Assembly: GCA_042216725.1 (NCBI GenBank)
Contig: JBDGTP010000034.1
Coordinates: 3,574-67,573, forward strand
DNA from: Haloplanus sp.
GTDB taxonomy: Archaea; Halobacteriota; Halobacteria; Halobacteriales; Haloferacaceae
DNA length: 64,000 nt
Reading direction: 5' to 3'
The position numbers and the translations under genes were made by a program. Below the pieces are notes generated by a model that was not told the DNA's origin, did no database searches, and saw only the letters and a list, made by a program, of their open reading frames with translations. Below, one piece after another: positions 40,855 to 50,770 of this stretch; the stretch's first letter is position 1; each line of letters starts with the position of its first letter.

Positions 40855-41148
40855 GTTCCGTACCATGTTGAACCATGGCATAAGACTAGGGGAAAGCTGT
40901 TCGACCACCGCGTCGGCAGTGTCCCAGAATTAATATTGTATGTACTTTATTTTAAATCATCTGTATTGAGTGGTATAAAGATGTGTCGGGCACCACTGGA
41001 CGGGGCTTCGGTGATCGGAGCACTCTAAATAACAGCTGTACGTCTGTTATAGAAAGGTTCCCCGAGCGGATTCAGAATGATAAACATTCGTTTGCGTATC
41101 AGTATATATTCCTCCTGAAGGGAGAACAATCGATCCAAAAGCGGCTCA

Positions 41149-41823
41149 AATACCGTCGACGGAACGCGTCTCGCCGTCACGCTCGCGCCGAACGCCCGGG
41201 TCGACGAACTCGCACTGCAGTCGCCGGACGGCACCCCGTTTCTCCGTCGACAACTCGACGAGTCGACGACGCAGGCGGCGCTTCCGTTGATCGAGAACAG
41301 CTTCACCACCACCCCCGAACACTACCGGGCAGGGGAGAACACGCTCGTGGCGTACCGCGACGACGACCCCGTGGCCCAGCGGACGGTCACGCTCGTCCCC
41401 GAAGTGACGATCACCGACATGTGGCTCGCCGATGAGAGGTCGTTCAACCCGACCGTTGCCGTCGAGAACACGGGAACCGGGCCGACGTTCATGACGTACC
41501 TCGGCTTCGACAACGTCCCGAGTCCGACGCCGCCAGCCACGGAAACCACGGGACTGCCGAAAGAGAGCGGTGCGGGTGTCCCCCTCCCGCCGACGACCCG
41601 CGAGGTGCAGAGCGGATCGATGCCGTTCGCGTTCCGACGGCTCCCCAGCGAGGCCGACACGCTCTCGTGTCCCGGCCGAACCGAGGTAGAAGTCACCGTC
41701 GACACCGTCCACGGCGTCTCGACGACCGAGACGTTTCCCGTGCAGTTCGACGGCGACGTGGAGAACGTCCTCTGGTTGAGCCATCGGTGTTCGGACGTGC
41801 GCGTCTCGGACGAGGACGACTGA
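41149..41823 (+). pseudogene. 5'-truncated gene for a beta-rich, probably exported protein
   Basis: Coding-like frame extends upstream of the TTG at 41287 to ~41149 (NTVDGTRLAVTL...) and meets AT-rich DNA with an in-frame stop at 41116 and no start or signal peptide. Confidence 0.6.
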
Positions 41824-42056
41824 GCGTGGAGTCCGGTATCGAACCGCTACGCTCGGCGATCAGAAATTAATATAGTTTGATAAGAATATTAATAAATGAC
41901 ATATTTGATGGGAACGCGTTCCGCCGCCCGGCACGGAGCAAGAAATCAGTTCGTTCGTACTTTTACAGGCTAATATCGCTTTTTCTCTCCTCTCTTCAGG
42001 GAGAGTCGCTGCCGTAGCGGATGCCATCGACCCCGACGAACTTCCCGATACCGATT

Positions 42057-42117
42057 TCGGGTTTTTCTCGGGTTTAAGTCGGGTTTGTCCGGATTCTAGC
42101 GGTCGGCGGAAACCCGA
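42057..42117. repeat. Three TCGGGTTT direct repeats at 11-bp spacing plus one inverted copy
   Basis: Copies at 42057, 42068, 42079; AAACCCGA at 42110-42117. Confidence 0.7.
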
Positions 42118-42269
42118 ACGAGAGGCGAAGCGAGGGCCGGGAGCGGGACAAAACATAATTTTTATAGTATACCTATAAACCTTATATTTCGGTTGCTGTT
42201 GGTTCGAGACGGCGGCGACCAGTCGGACGACAGTCACGTTTAACGCGGTTGGGCACCAACGAACGGGAA

Positions 42270-43421
42270 ATGGCCGCCGACGCGATACCGAGTCTCACGC
42301 CGGCGGAACTCCGCCGCCGACTCGCCGCGAGCGAACCGGTGACGGTACTCGACGTGCGAAACCGCGATGAGGTGGAGCGCTGGCGCATCGAAGCACCGGC
42401 CCTCGACTACCACCACGTCCCGTATATGAAGTTCGTCGCCGCAGGAGTGACCGACAGCGTCGCCGATCTGGTGCCGGACGGGGTTCGGGAGCCGGTGGTC
42501 GTGGTCTGTCCTCACGGGGAGGCGAGCGCCGAGGTGGCCGCCCAACTCGTCGACGCCGGCATCGACGCCGAGAACCTCGCGGGCGGGATGGCGGGGTGGG
42601 CACGGCTCTACGACCGGGTCGCCATCCACACCACCATCGCCGCTGATGTCTACCAGTACCGCCGGCCGGCGAGTGGCTGTCTCGGCTACGCCGTCGTCGC
42701 AGGCGGCGAGATGGCGGTGATCGACCCGTTGCGCGCGTTCGCCGACCGCTATCGGGCGGATGCGGCGAATCTGGACGCCACGCTGACGTACGCGGTCGAT
42801 ACGCACGTCCACGCCGACCACGTAAGCGGCGTCCGGGCGCTCGCGTCGACGGCCGATGCGACGCCGGTGTTGCCGGCGAGAGCGGTCGAACGCGGCGTCA
42901 CCGATGCGGATCGCTTCGAGACGGTGACCGACGGCGACACCGTCACGGTCGGGGGCGTGCATCTGGCGGCGGTGGCGCTTCCCGGACACACCACGGGGAT
43001 GACCGGCGTTCGCGTCGGTCAGGTGCTCCTGACCGGCGACAGCCTCTTTCTCGACGGCGTCGCCCGCCCCGACCTGCAGGAGGGTGCCGACCCCGAGGCA
43101 CGGGCCCGGGAACTGTACGCGACGGTGACCGAGCACCTGGCCCGCTATCCGGACGAGACGGTCGTCGCTCCCGGCCACACCGACGCCGGAATCGACGACG
43201 GCGACACGCCCCGGGTGGCGACCCTCGGCGACTGCCGGGAGCGCCTGGCGGTCTTCGAGATGGACGAGGCGGCGTTCGTCGACCACGTCACCCACACGGG
43301 GGCGGAACCGGCCAACGCCGAACGGATCGTCGCCATCAACTGCGGCCGGGAAACCGTCGACGACGAGACGGCGTTCGAACTCGAACTGGGGCCGAACAAC
43401 TGCGCGGCGAGCGGTGGATGA
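42270..43421 (+). CDS. Rhodanese + metallo-beta-lactamase fold protein
   Basis: LDVR...VVCPHG rhodanese; THVHADH, PGHT, TGDSLF, C-terminal GPNNCA. Confidence 0.9.
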   Translation: MAADAIPSLTPAELRRRLAASEPVTVLDVRNRDEVERWRIEAPALDYHHVPYMKFVAAGVTDSVADLVPDGVREPVVVVCPHGEASAEVAAQLVDAGIDAENLAGGMAGWARLYDRVAIHTTIAADVYQYRRPASGCLGYAVVAGGEMAVIDPLRAFADRYRADAANLDATLTYAVDTHVHADHVSGVRALASTADATPVLPARAVERGVTDADRFETVTDGDTVTVGGVHLAAVALPGHTTGMTGVRVGQVLLTGDSLFLDGVARPDLQEGADPEARARELYATVTEHLARYPDETVVAPGHTDAGIDDGDTPRVATLGDCRERLAVFEMDEAAFVDHVTHTGAEPANAERIVAINCGRETVDDETAFELELGPNNCAASGG

Positions 43422-43467
43422 CAGCGGTCTCCGGACGATTTATGACCGCGTGCCGTCACCCACGCCC

Positions 43468-44529
43468 ATGTCCGACGAGATCGCGGTCATCCCCGGCGAT
43501 GGTATCGGCAACGAAGTCGTCGAGGCGGTCGAACCGCTCCTGATCGACGTGGCGGCGACCCACGGCGTCGACGTGACGACGACGTGGTTCGACTGGGGGA
43601 GCCAACGCTACCTCGACGAGGGAGCGCTCATGCCCGAGGACGGCCTCGACGAGCTGAAGTCGTTCGACGCCATCCTCCTCGGCGCCGTCGGCCATCCCGA
43701 TGTCCCCGACCACGTCACGCTCCGGGGCCTCCGTCTCCCGATCACCAAGGGATTCAACCAGCACGTCTGCAAGCGCCCCTCCTACCTGTTCGAGGGCGTC
43801 GACAGCCCCCTGAAGGGGTACGACGGCGGCGACATCGACCTGGTCGTCTACCGGCAGAACACGGAAGGCGAGTACGCCGACGTGGGCGGGCGCGAACACC
43901 GCGGCTTCGAGAACGAGGTGGCAGTACAGGCGTCGGTGTTCACCCGTGAGGCGACGGAAGCCGTCGTCCGTCCCGCCTTCGAGGCCGCGAGCGAGCGGAA
44001 CGGCAAGCTAACGAACGTCACGAAGTCGAACGCGCAGGCCCACGGGATGGTGTTCTGGGACGACATCGTCGCGGAGGTGAGCGAGGAGTACCCCGACGTG
44101 GACGTCGAACGCCTGCTGGTCGACGCCGCGAGCATGGACTTCATCCGCCGCCCCGACGAGTTCGACGTCGTCGTCTGTTCGAACCTCTTCGGGGACATCC
44201 TCACCGACATCGGTGCCATCGTCACGGGGAGTATGGGGCTGGCGCCCTCCGCGAACATCGATCCTGACCGCACCCACCCGTCGCTGTTCGAACCCGTCCA
44301 CGGAAGCGCGTTCGACATCATGGGCGAGGGCGTCGCCAACCCTCTCGCGACGGTGCTCTCGGGGTCGCTCATGTTCGACCACCTCGGCGAGACAGCAGTC
44401 GCGGAGGCACTCTGGGATGGTGTGGCCGACCAGTTGGCCGACCCGGACGCTCCCCGCACGCCGGATCTCGGCGGCGAGTCGACGACGGACGCGGTTGCGA
44501 ACGATCTGAGCGACCGTCTCGTGGACTGA
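43468..44529 (+). CDS. Isocitrate/isopropylmalate dehydrogenase family (tartrate/D-malate dehydrogenase-like)
   Basis: IPGDGIG, RQNTEGEY, TKSNA, SNLFGDILTD, FEPVHGSA. Confidence 0.88.
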   Translation: MSDEIAVIPGDGIGNEVVEAVEPLLIDVAATHGVDVTTTWFDWGSQRYLDEGALMPEDGLDELKSFDAILLGAVGHPDVPDHVTLRGLRLPITKGFNQHVCKRPSYLFEGVDSPLKGYDGGDIDLVVYRQNTEGEYADVGGREHRGFENEVAVQASVFTREATEAVVRPAFEAASERNGKLTNVTKSNAQAHGMVFWDDIVAEVSEEYPDVDVERLLVDAASMDFIRRPDEFDVVVCSNLFGDILTDIGAIVTGSMGLAPSANIDPDRTHPSLFEPVHGSAFDIMGEGVANPLATVLSGSLMFDHLGETAVAEALWDGVADQLADPDAPRTPDLGGESTTDAVANDLSDRLVD

Positions 44530-44596
44530 GCGGTCGGCGATGGAACCCGCCGAGCGACGCCGATGAGCGAGCGTGACCCGCGCACCGACCACCCGG

Positions 44597-45112
44597 TCAG
44601 TCCCCCGGGGCGTCCGGAAACAGGCGGTCGACGAGAACCGTCCCGACGACCACGATACCCGTCGCCAGCGCGCCGATGACCGCGGGCGGGACGCCGCTGA
44701 CCTGGGTGCCGATGCCGGCGAGAACGCCGAATCCGACGAGGAAGGGGAAACACCACGTGGTGGCGACGTGGGCGAGGAGAGCCCCCCGTCCTGGAACCGT
44801 GTTGCGTCGCCGAAGTCCGACGAGCGTCGGGGGAACGAAGACGGCAGCGAGGAGGAGGGCGACGACGTCGTGCCGTTCGGCCGTGGCGGCGACCAGAACG
44901 GTGAACCCGGCGAGTCCGAAGGCACCGAGGAACGCCGCCACCACGAGATACCGAAGCGCCGTCGGAACCCGCCGGTCGAATCGGCGCAACACGAGCGTGA
45001 CGCCCGTTCCGACCCCCAGGAGGGCGACGGTTCCATAGAGGTCGAGGAGGAGAAAGAGAAGTCCCCACCCCGTGCCCTGATCCGGTACGGGGGTCGGCGG
45101 TGGCTGTGGCAT
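44597..45112 (-). CDS. Hypothetical membrane protein
   Basis: About five hydrophobic helices. Confidence 0.7.
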   Translation of the reverse strand: MPQPPPTPVPDQGTGWGLLFLLLDLYGTVALLGVGTGVTLVLRRFDRRVPTALRYLVVAAFLGAFGLAGFTVLVAATAERHDVVALLLAAVFVPPTLVGLRRRNTVPGRGALLAHVATTWCFPFLVGFGVLAGIGTQVSGVPPAVIGALATGIVVVGTVLVDRLFPDAPGD

Positions 45113-45246
45113 CGGTGCTCCCGGGCGCCGGTCGCGTGGCTCGTGTGTCGGTACACGGACGGATATAGATAGCGGTATGACAGGTTGCCGGGCGCGCGGC
45201 CAGGAAGTCGACTCGATATAAATAGCGACGGGGCGAACGCGGCCGT

Positions 45247-46886
45247 ATGGCGTTTCGCACTCGCCGCACCGGCACCTACCTCGCGCTCGTCGTCGCGACG
45301 ACCCTGCTCTTTACCGGCATCTACAACGTCGGCATGGCGGTCTGGGAAGGCCAGCCACAACCCGTGTATCGCTCGCTCGAAGTCGTCATCCAGAGTTTCA
45401 CCACGACCGGCTACGGCGAGGACGCTCCCTGGCAGTCCCTCCAGATGAACGTCCTGGCGATCACGATGCAACTCACCGGAATCGGCCTCATTCTCACCGC
45501 CGTCGACGTGTTCGCGGTGCCGTGGCTCCGAGGAGCGCTCGCGCCGACGGCGCCCCCGAAGCGGTGGTGAGTCCGGAGGCACACGTCATCATCTGCAATC
45601 ACACGCCGCGAACGGATGCCTTCATCGCGGAACTCGACGCCCGGAGCCGGGAGTACGTCCTCGTCGAATCCGACGGGGAACGGGCGGCCGACCTCCACGA
45701 GGCGGGGTATCGGGTCATCCACGGCGACCCCGAGTCGACGGACGTACTCGCGAACGCGGGGATCGGATCGGCAATCGCAGTCGTGGCCGACGCCGCCGAC
45801 GACACGAACGCGAGCATCGCCCTTTCGGCTCGCGACGCTCGTCCGGAGGTGCGGGTGATCACGCTGGTCGAGGACGCAGACCTCGCGCGATACCACCGCG
45901 CGGCCGGCGCGGATGACGTGCTCTCGCCCCGCCAACTGCTGGGACGGAGCCTGGCGGAACAGGTGCCGACGGCGGTCACGGCGGATATCGAGGAGGGCGT
46001 CGCCATCGGCGACGACTTCGAACTCGTCGAACTCACGGTCGCGGCGGACAGCGACCTCTGTGACCGGACGTTCGCCGAGGCGCAGTTGCGCGACCGGTTC
46101 GGCGTGAACGTGATCGGAGCGTGGTTCGACGGTGACTTCGAGACGCCCGTCGACGAGGACGACCGGTTGGTCGCCCGGACGCGTCTCCTCGTCGCCGGGG
46201 AGTCGGCACAGGTGGAGGCCCTGCAGGACGCGACGGCCGCGACCGTCCGGGAGTTCGCACCCCAGCGAGTCGTCGTCGCGGGGTACGGCGACTCGGGCCA
46301 CGCCGCGTACGACGCGCTGTCGGAAACCGGCTCCCGCCTGACCGTCCTCGACAACGAGGACGGAACCAACGTCGATGTCGTTGGCGACGCCCGCGACCCG
46401 GATGTTCTCGAAACCGCGGGCATCGAAAGCGCGTCGGCACTGATCCTCACCGTCGGGGACGACACGACGGCGATTTTCGCGACGCTCATCGCCCGCGAGT
46501 TGAACCCGGAACTCCACATCGTCGTTCGGGCGAACGAGGAAGACGACGTGCAGAAACTGTACCGCGCGGGCGGGGACTACGTCCAGTCGCTGGCGACGGT
46601 CAGCGGTCGGATGCTCGCCTCGACGGTGTTCGCGGACGAGGAGGTGCTGGCGTACGACAAACAGGTGAACGTCGTCCGTCTTCCCGCCGGGACGCTGGTC
46701 GGAAGCACCATCGTCGACGAACGCGTCCGGACGGAGACGGGCAGTACCGTCGTCGGCATCGTCAGGGACGGCGAGACCATTACCGACTTCGATCCAGGGG
46801 CGTTCACGTTCGAGGCCGGTGACGAGGTGATCATCGCCGGCACCGACGAGGCCACCACGCAGTTCGAGCGCCGCTTCGGCATCTGA
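45247..46886 (+). pseudogene. Potassium channel with tandem TrkA/RCK domains, split by a frameshift
   Basis: Pore TTTGYGED in frame 1; RCK domains (VVVAGYG) in frame 2; frame changes at the C5 run 45553-45557. Confidence 0.8.
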
Positions 46887-47026
46887 CGGCGGGCGGTGAC
46901 ACCGACACAACCTGGTGTCGGTCATGTCATGAAACGCATAAGTCAGCGCCGGGCGTAGGAGCCGTGTAGCGACACCGACTCCCGACGGGACACACGCCGT
47001 CGAGGGTGGGCGTCAGCGACCACATC

Positions 47027-47104
47027 ATGAGCAACGGAACGAACCGCCCGCATCACGTATCGTCCGTCGCGAACGACCCCCAGACGGCCGTCGAGGTGAA
47101 CTGA
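47027..47104 (+). pseudogene. 25-codon remnant of a VOC/ring-cleaving dioxygenase gene (internal deletion)
   Basis: MSNGTNRPHHVSSVANDPQTAVEVN resembles the HHVT-x4-DPQ N-terminus of MhqO-like proteins; sits directly before the esterase. Confidence 0.5.
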
Positions 47105-47105
47105 C

Positions 47106-47750
47106 GTGGCCGATCCACACGGCGATCAGCCCCTCGTAACCGCGGGAACGCCGCTCGGTGAGGCCGAGGCAGCCGCCGTCCTCGTCCACGGACGGGGTGC
47201 AACCGCCCGAAGCATCGTTCGGATGGCCGAGGCGTTCCGCCAGCCCGGCGTGGCGTATCTCGCGCCGCAGGCGGCCCGAAACACCTGGTATCCGAACCCC
47301 TTCACCGCGCCCGTCGAGTCGAACGAACCCGGGCGTACGTCGGGACTCCAGGCCATCACCGACGCCGTGAGCGAGGCCAACGGCGCCGGAATTCCGACCG
47401 AGCGCGTCCTGCTTCTCGGGTTCTCGCAGGGCGCGTGTCTCGCCAGCGAGTTCGTCGCGCGCAACCCGACCCGGTACGGCGGCCTCGTGGCCCTGAGCGG
47501 CGGCCTCATCGGCGAGGGGATCGACCCCGACGACTACGGGGGTGACCTCACGGGCACCCCCGTCTTCCTCGGCTGTAGCGACATCGACCCGCACATTCCC
47601 GAGGAGCGTGTCCACGAGACGGCGACGGTGTTCGAACGGTTGAGCGCCGACGTGACGAAACGGCTCTACGAGGGCATGGATCACACCGTCAACGCCGACG
47701 AACGCGACCACGCCTCGGCCATGCTCGCCGCCCTCGTGGACGGGGCGTGA
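47106..47750 (+). CDS. Phospholipase/carboxylesterase (alpha/beta hydrolase)
   Basis: HGRG, GFSQG nucleophile, DPHIP, MDHTV. Confidence 0.88.
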   Translation: MADPHGDQPLVTAGTPLGEAEAAAVLVHGRGATARSIVRMAEAFRQPGVAYLAPQAARNTWYPNPFTAPVESNEPGRTSGLQAITDAVSEANGAGIPTERVLLLGFSQGACLASEFVARNPTRYGGLVALSGGLIGEGIDPDDYGGDLTGTPVFLGCSDIDPHIPEERVHETATVFERLSADVTKRLYEGMDHTVNADERDHASAMLAALVDGA

Positions 47751-47772
47751 GGCGTCCTCACCCCGCCGACCG

Positions 47773-48132
47773 TCAGGCGACGAACAGTGCCGCGAGGCCG
47801 CGGGCCGCGCCGATGGCGACGAGCGCACCCACGATGTTCGCGAGGGCGTAGCTCGCGGCCTTCACCCGTTCGCCCTCCTCCCAGAGACGCACGACGGTGA
47901 ACGAGAAGGAGGAGAAGGTGGTAAACGCGCCACAGAGGCCGGTGCCGACCAGAAGCAACACGTCGGCACCGGGATCAAGGCCGGTGAGCAGGCCGAGCGC
48001 GAAGCTTCCGACGACGTTCACCGTCAGCGTCCCTGTCGGGAACGACTCCCGTTCGACGGCGACGCTGACGACGTGCCGGAGGAGGGCGCCGAGCATGCCG
48101 CCGACGGCGACCAGATAGGCGGGGTTAGCCAT
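47773..48132 (-). CDS. crcB: Fluoride channel Fluc/CrcB
   Basis: GGMLGALLR, GTLTVNVVGSF, GLCGAFTTFSSF. Confidence 0.92.
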   Translation of the reverse strand: MANPAYLVAVGGMLGALLRHVVSVAVERESFPTGTLTVNVVGSFALGLLTGLDPGADVLLLVGTGLCGAFTTFSSFSFTVVRLWEEGERVKAASYALANIVGALVAIGAARGLAALFVA

Positions 48133-48529
48133 CGGTCGACCCTCCGGAGTCAGTCCCGGTGAGCGCGAGGACGAGACGCCGGCCGACGAGTACCGCGCCG
48201 ACCCCGAGCGCGTAACTGCCGACGATGTTGAGGAGACCGAGCCAGAACGGGACGGCCGTCGACTCGACGGCGAACGTACTGTAGGTCGTGTACGAGGACA
48301 GGAACCCGGTTCCGAAGACGACCCGCGTTTTCTCGGCAAGCAGTTCCGTGTACATCGCCTCGTAGAGGAGGACACCGAGGAAGAAACTACCCGTCACGTT
48401 CGCGATGAGGGTGCCCCTGAGTCCCGGCAGGAGGGTACCGATGGCGTACCGCAGGTTGGCTCCCGCGGCACCGCCGACGGCGATGAACAGGCCGGTTTCC
48501 AGAGCGTAGATCAGGTCTCGTCGTTCCAT
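48125..48529 (-). CDS. crcB: Fluoride channel Fluc/CrcB (second paralog)
   Basis: GGAAGANLRY, GTLIANVTGSF, GFLSSYTTYSTF. Confidence 0.92.
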   Translation of the reverse strand: MERRDLIYALETGLFIAVGGAAGANLRYAIGTLLPGLRGTLIANVTGSFFLGVLLYEAMYTELLAEKTRVVFGTGFLSSYTTYSTFAVESTAVPFWLGLLNIVGSYALGVGAVLVGRRLVLALTGTDSGGSTDG

Positions 48530-48636
48530 GGATCTGTCCCGGAGCGAGGCGTGTGAACCTCACTCGCTACCGACTTAATACTGCGTTCGGGCGGCGCTCC
48601 CCAACGTTTACTATCCGAGGTCGCCTGCTTCCATTG

Positions 48637-48960
48637 ATGTCAGAAGATGAACGTGAACTGGAAGCGGCGATCCGGGAGTTCCACGAGGACATTCCCCACC
48701 GGTTCCAGGTGTCGCTCACCATGTCCATGGAGACGCGCGACCGGCTCCGGGAGATACGGGAGGAGCTGAACGACACGGCGGGCGAACGTATCTTCACGAC
48801 CGACGACGCGATTCGGCTCGCGCTCGTGAGCGGGGCGCGGTATCACGCGATGGCGACTGGCGACCGCATCCCCTCGGAGACGGACGCGCTCACGACGCTC
48901 GCGGCGTCCATCCGACGAGTCGTCGACGAGGATGTCGTGACTGGCCCGGCGGAGGAGTGA
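48637..48960 (+). CDS. Hypothetical protein (possible RHH-like fold)
   Basis: Acidic ORF; FQVSLTM strand followed by helices ...TTDDAIRLAL. Confidence 0.62.
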   Translation: MSEDERELEAAIREFHEDIPHRFQVSLTMSMETRDRLREIREELNDTAGERIFTTDDAIRLALVSGARYHAMATGDRIPSETDALTTLAASIRRVVDEDVVTGPAEE

Positions 48961-48979
48961 AAAAATCGGGTCGCGGTCG

Positions 48980-50251
48980 TCAGCCGAGGGGGTCGTCGGT
49001 GACGGGAACCTGTCCGCGGTCCGCCGCCTCGCCGAGTTCGTCCGGGCTGATGTCGAATTCGAAGACGTCTTTCGGGAGCGCGAGCGTCGAACACGCGTTC
49101 GGAATGTCGACGACGCCGCTGTGCCGTCCCTCGATGGGAACCGTTCCGAGAATCATCAGCGCCTGTTCGCCGGTGTAGCCGAACTTCTTCAGATACTCGA
49201 TGGCTTCGAGACAGGCCTGTCGGTAGGCGACGTGCGGATCCATGTAGTGTTGCTCGCCGTCTTCGGTGACGGAGTAGCCCTCGAAGACGACGTACTCGGA
49301 GAAGTCCGGGCCGCGATGGCCGGGTTCGAAGATCGGGTGGCTAATCCCGTGTTTCGCCATCCCGTCTTTCACGAGTTCGAACTTGATGTCGACGTAGCCC
49401 GCCATCTCGATGGCGCCACAGAACGTGATTTCGCCGTCGCCCTGTGAGGCGTGAATGTCGCCAATACCGAACTTCGCGCCCTCGACGAACACCGGGAAGT
49501 AGATGGTCGAACCGAGGGAGAGATCCTTGATGTCACAGTTGCCGCCGTGTTCACGGGGCGGGACAGTTCGGGCGCCCTCCGCCGCTATCCGGTCGGCAAC
49601 GTCCCCCTCGGCCTCGCCGGCCTGCGCACCGTCGGGCGTGGGCGGGCTGGCGACCGGCGGTTCGGACTCGCCGGTCGGGTGGTTCTGAATCGACGCCGGA
49701 TCGTCCTCGTGTTGCTCGATCAGCTCCGCCTCCCGGTCGACCCACTCCTCGAGCAGATCCTGCGATGGCGCCGTGCCGATCAGTCCGGGGTGGATCTTCC
49801 CCTCGTAGTAGACATCGGGGATATGGCGCGAGGAGACGTACGTGCCGTCGAGATCCCAGATGGCCTTGGCGGCGTCCGGGAAGTGGTCGGTCAGGAAGCC
49901 ACCCCCGTTCTGCTGGGAGAAGATGCCGGTGAAGCCGAACTCCGACCGGTCGTTCAGCGGGCCGATATCGAGCAACGTGACCTTGAGCAGGTCACCGGGT
50001 TCGGCACCGTCGACCTCGACGGGACCGCTGAGATAGTGCACCTGATTGAGATCAACGTCGCGAACTTCGTTCGGGTCGTCGTTGTCGACGATCTGTCCTC
50101 CGGTCCAATCGAGACATTCGAGCCGAACCGTCTCCCCCGGTTCGGTGTGAACCACGGGTTCGAGTTCGGGATGCCACCGATTGAACGGGTTCGCCCCAGG
50201 CTGCTCGTCCGGGGCTCTCGTGGTGTCGACCTCGAAGTGTACTTCGGGCAT
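48980..50251 (-). CDS. fmdA: Formamidase (FmdA/AmdA family), copy 1
   Basis: NRWHP, ECLDWTGGQI, HYLSGP, GGGFLTDHF, HGGNCDIK, GDIHASQGDGEITFCGAIEM. Confidence 0.92.
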   Translation of the reverse strand: MPEVHFEVDTTRAPDEQPGANPFNRWHPELEPVVHTEPGETVRLECLDWTGGQIVDNDDPNEVRDVDLNQVHYLSGPVEVDGAEPGDLLKVTLLDIGPLNDRSEFGFTGIFSQQNGGGFLTDHFPDAAKAIWDLDGTYVSSRHIPDVYYEGKIHPGLIGTAPSQDLLEEWVDREAELIEQHEDDPASIQNHPTGESEPPVASPPTPDGAQAGEAEGDVADRIAAEGARTVPPREHGGNCDIKDLSLGSTIYFPVFVEGAKFGIGDIHASQGDGEITFCGAIEMAGYVDIKFELVKDGMAKHGISHPIFEPGHRGPDFSEYVVFEGYSVTEDGEQHYMDPHVAYRQACLEAIEYLKKFGYTGEQALMILGTVPIEGRHSGVVDIPNACSTLALPKDVFEFDISPDELGEAADRGQVPVTDDPLG

Positions 50252-50283
50252 GGGGGGTCTCGGGCGAACTGCCCACAGAAAAG

Positions 50284-50295
50284 TTAGTTAACTAA
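50284..50295. promoter_or_regulatory. Perfect 12-bp palindrome TTAGTTAACTAA in the fmdA promoter
   Basis: 33-44 bp upstream of the fmdA ATG in an AT-rich tract. Confidence 0.5.
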
Positions 50296-50470
50296 TGTTT
50301 AAAATTTGTGCTTAGCTTTTGTCATTTATGGGGCCGGCTGTCTTACCGGCGTCACAACCCGACGGCGCTGGCAACCGAGCCTCCAGGTGTGAGATGCTGG
50401 GGAAATCGTAGTCGATTCCAGCCGCGCCGTGGCAAAGAATATGCGAGTGGGGACGCGAACTCCACCCGGC

Positions 50471-50770
50471 ATGGACTCGGACGACGGGAACGCCGACGAC
50501 CGATCAGCCCTCGCGCCGGCCACCCTCACGACGCGACTCGACGGCGTCGAGACGGGGGACGAACTCCGCCTCAACGACCGAGACCAGGCGTTCGAAGTCG
50601 TGGAGACGAGTCGGTACGCCATCCGGGTCATCGATCCGAGCGGGAACGACTACACGATTTCACAGAACCTCCAGACGGGCGGGTGGCAGATCCACGAAGA
50701 CGTGTGGTGGGTGGCTGCCGACCCGGAGGACGGCGGTCAGTCGGGTGCCGATTCGAAGTCGAACGGGTAG
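50471..50770 (+). CDS. Small hypothetical protein (SH3-like beta barrel)
   Basis: Acidic 99-aa ORF, beta-strand pattern. Confidence 0.65.
   Translation: MDSDDGNADDRSALAPATLTTRLDGVETGDELRLNDRDQAFEVVETSRYAIRVIDPSGNDYTISQNLQTGGWQIHEDVWWVAADPEDGGQSGADSKSNG

Noticed and set aside
41860-42237. 125-aa minus-strand ORF, and reading of this gap as a chromosomal oriC
   Set aside because: ORF is non-halophilic in composition; no ORB consensus with G-string and no adjacent orc1/cdc6 gene
48530-48636. Fluoride riboswitch upstream of crcB
   Set aside because: A small hairpin exists but the GGxGATGG...GTTC/CTGATG consensus is not present
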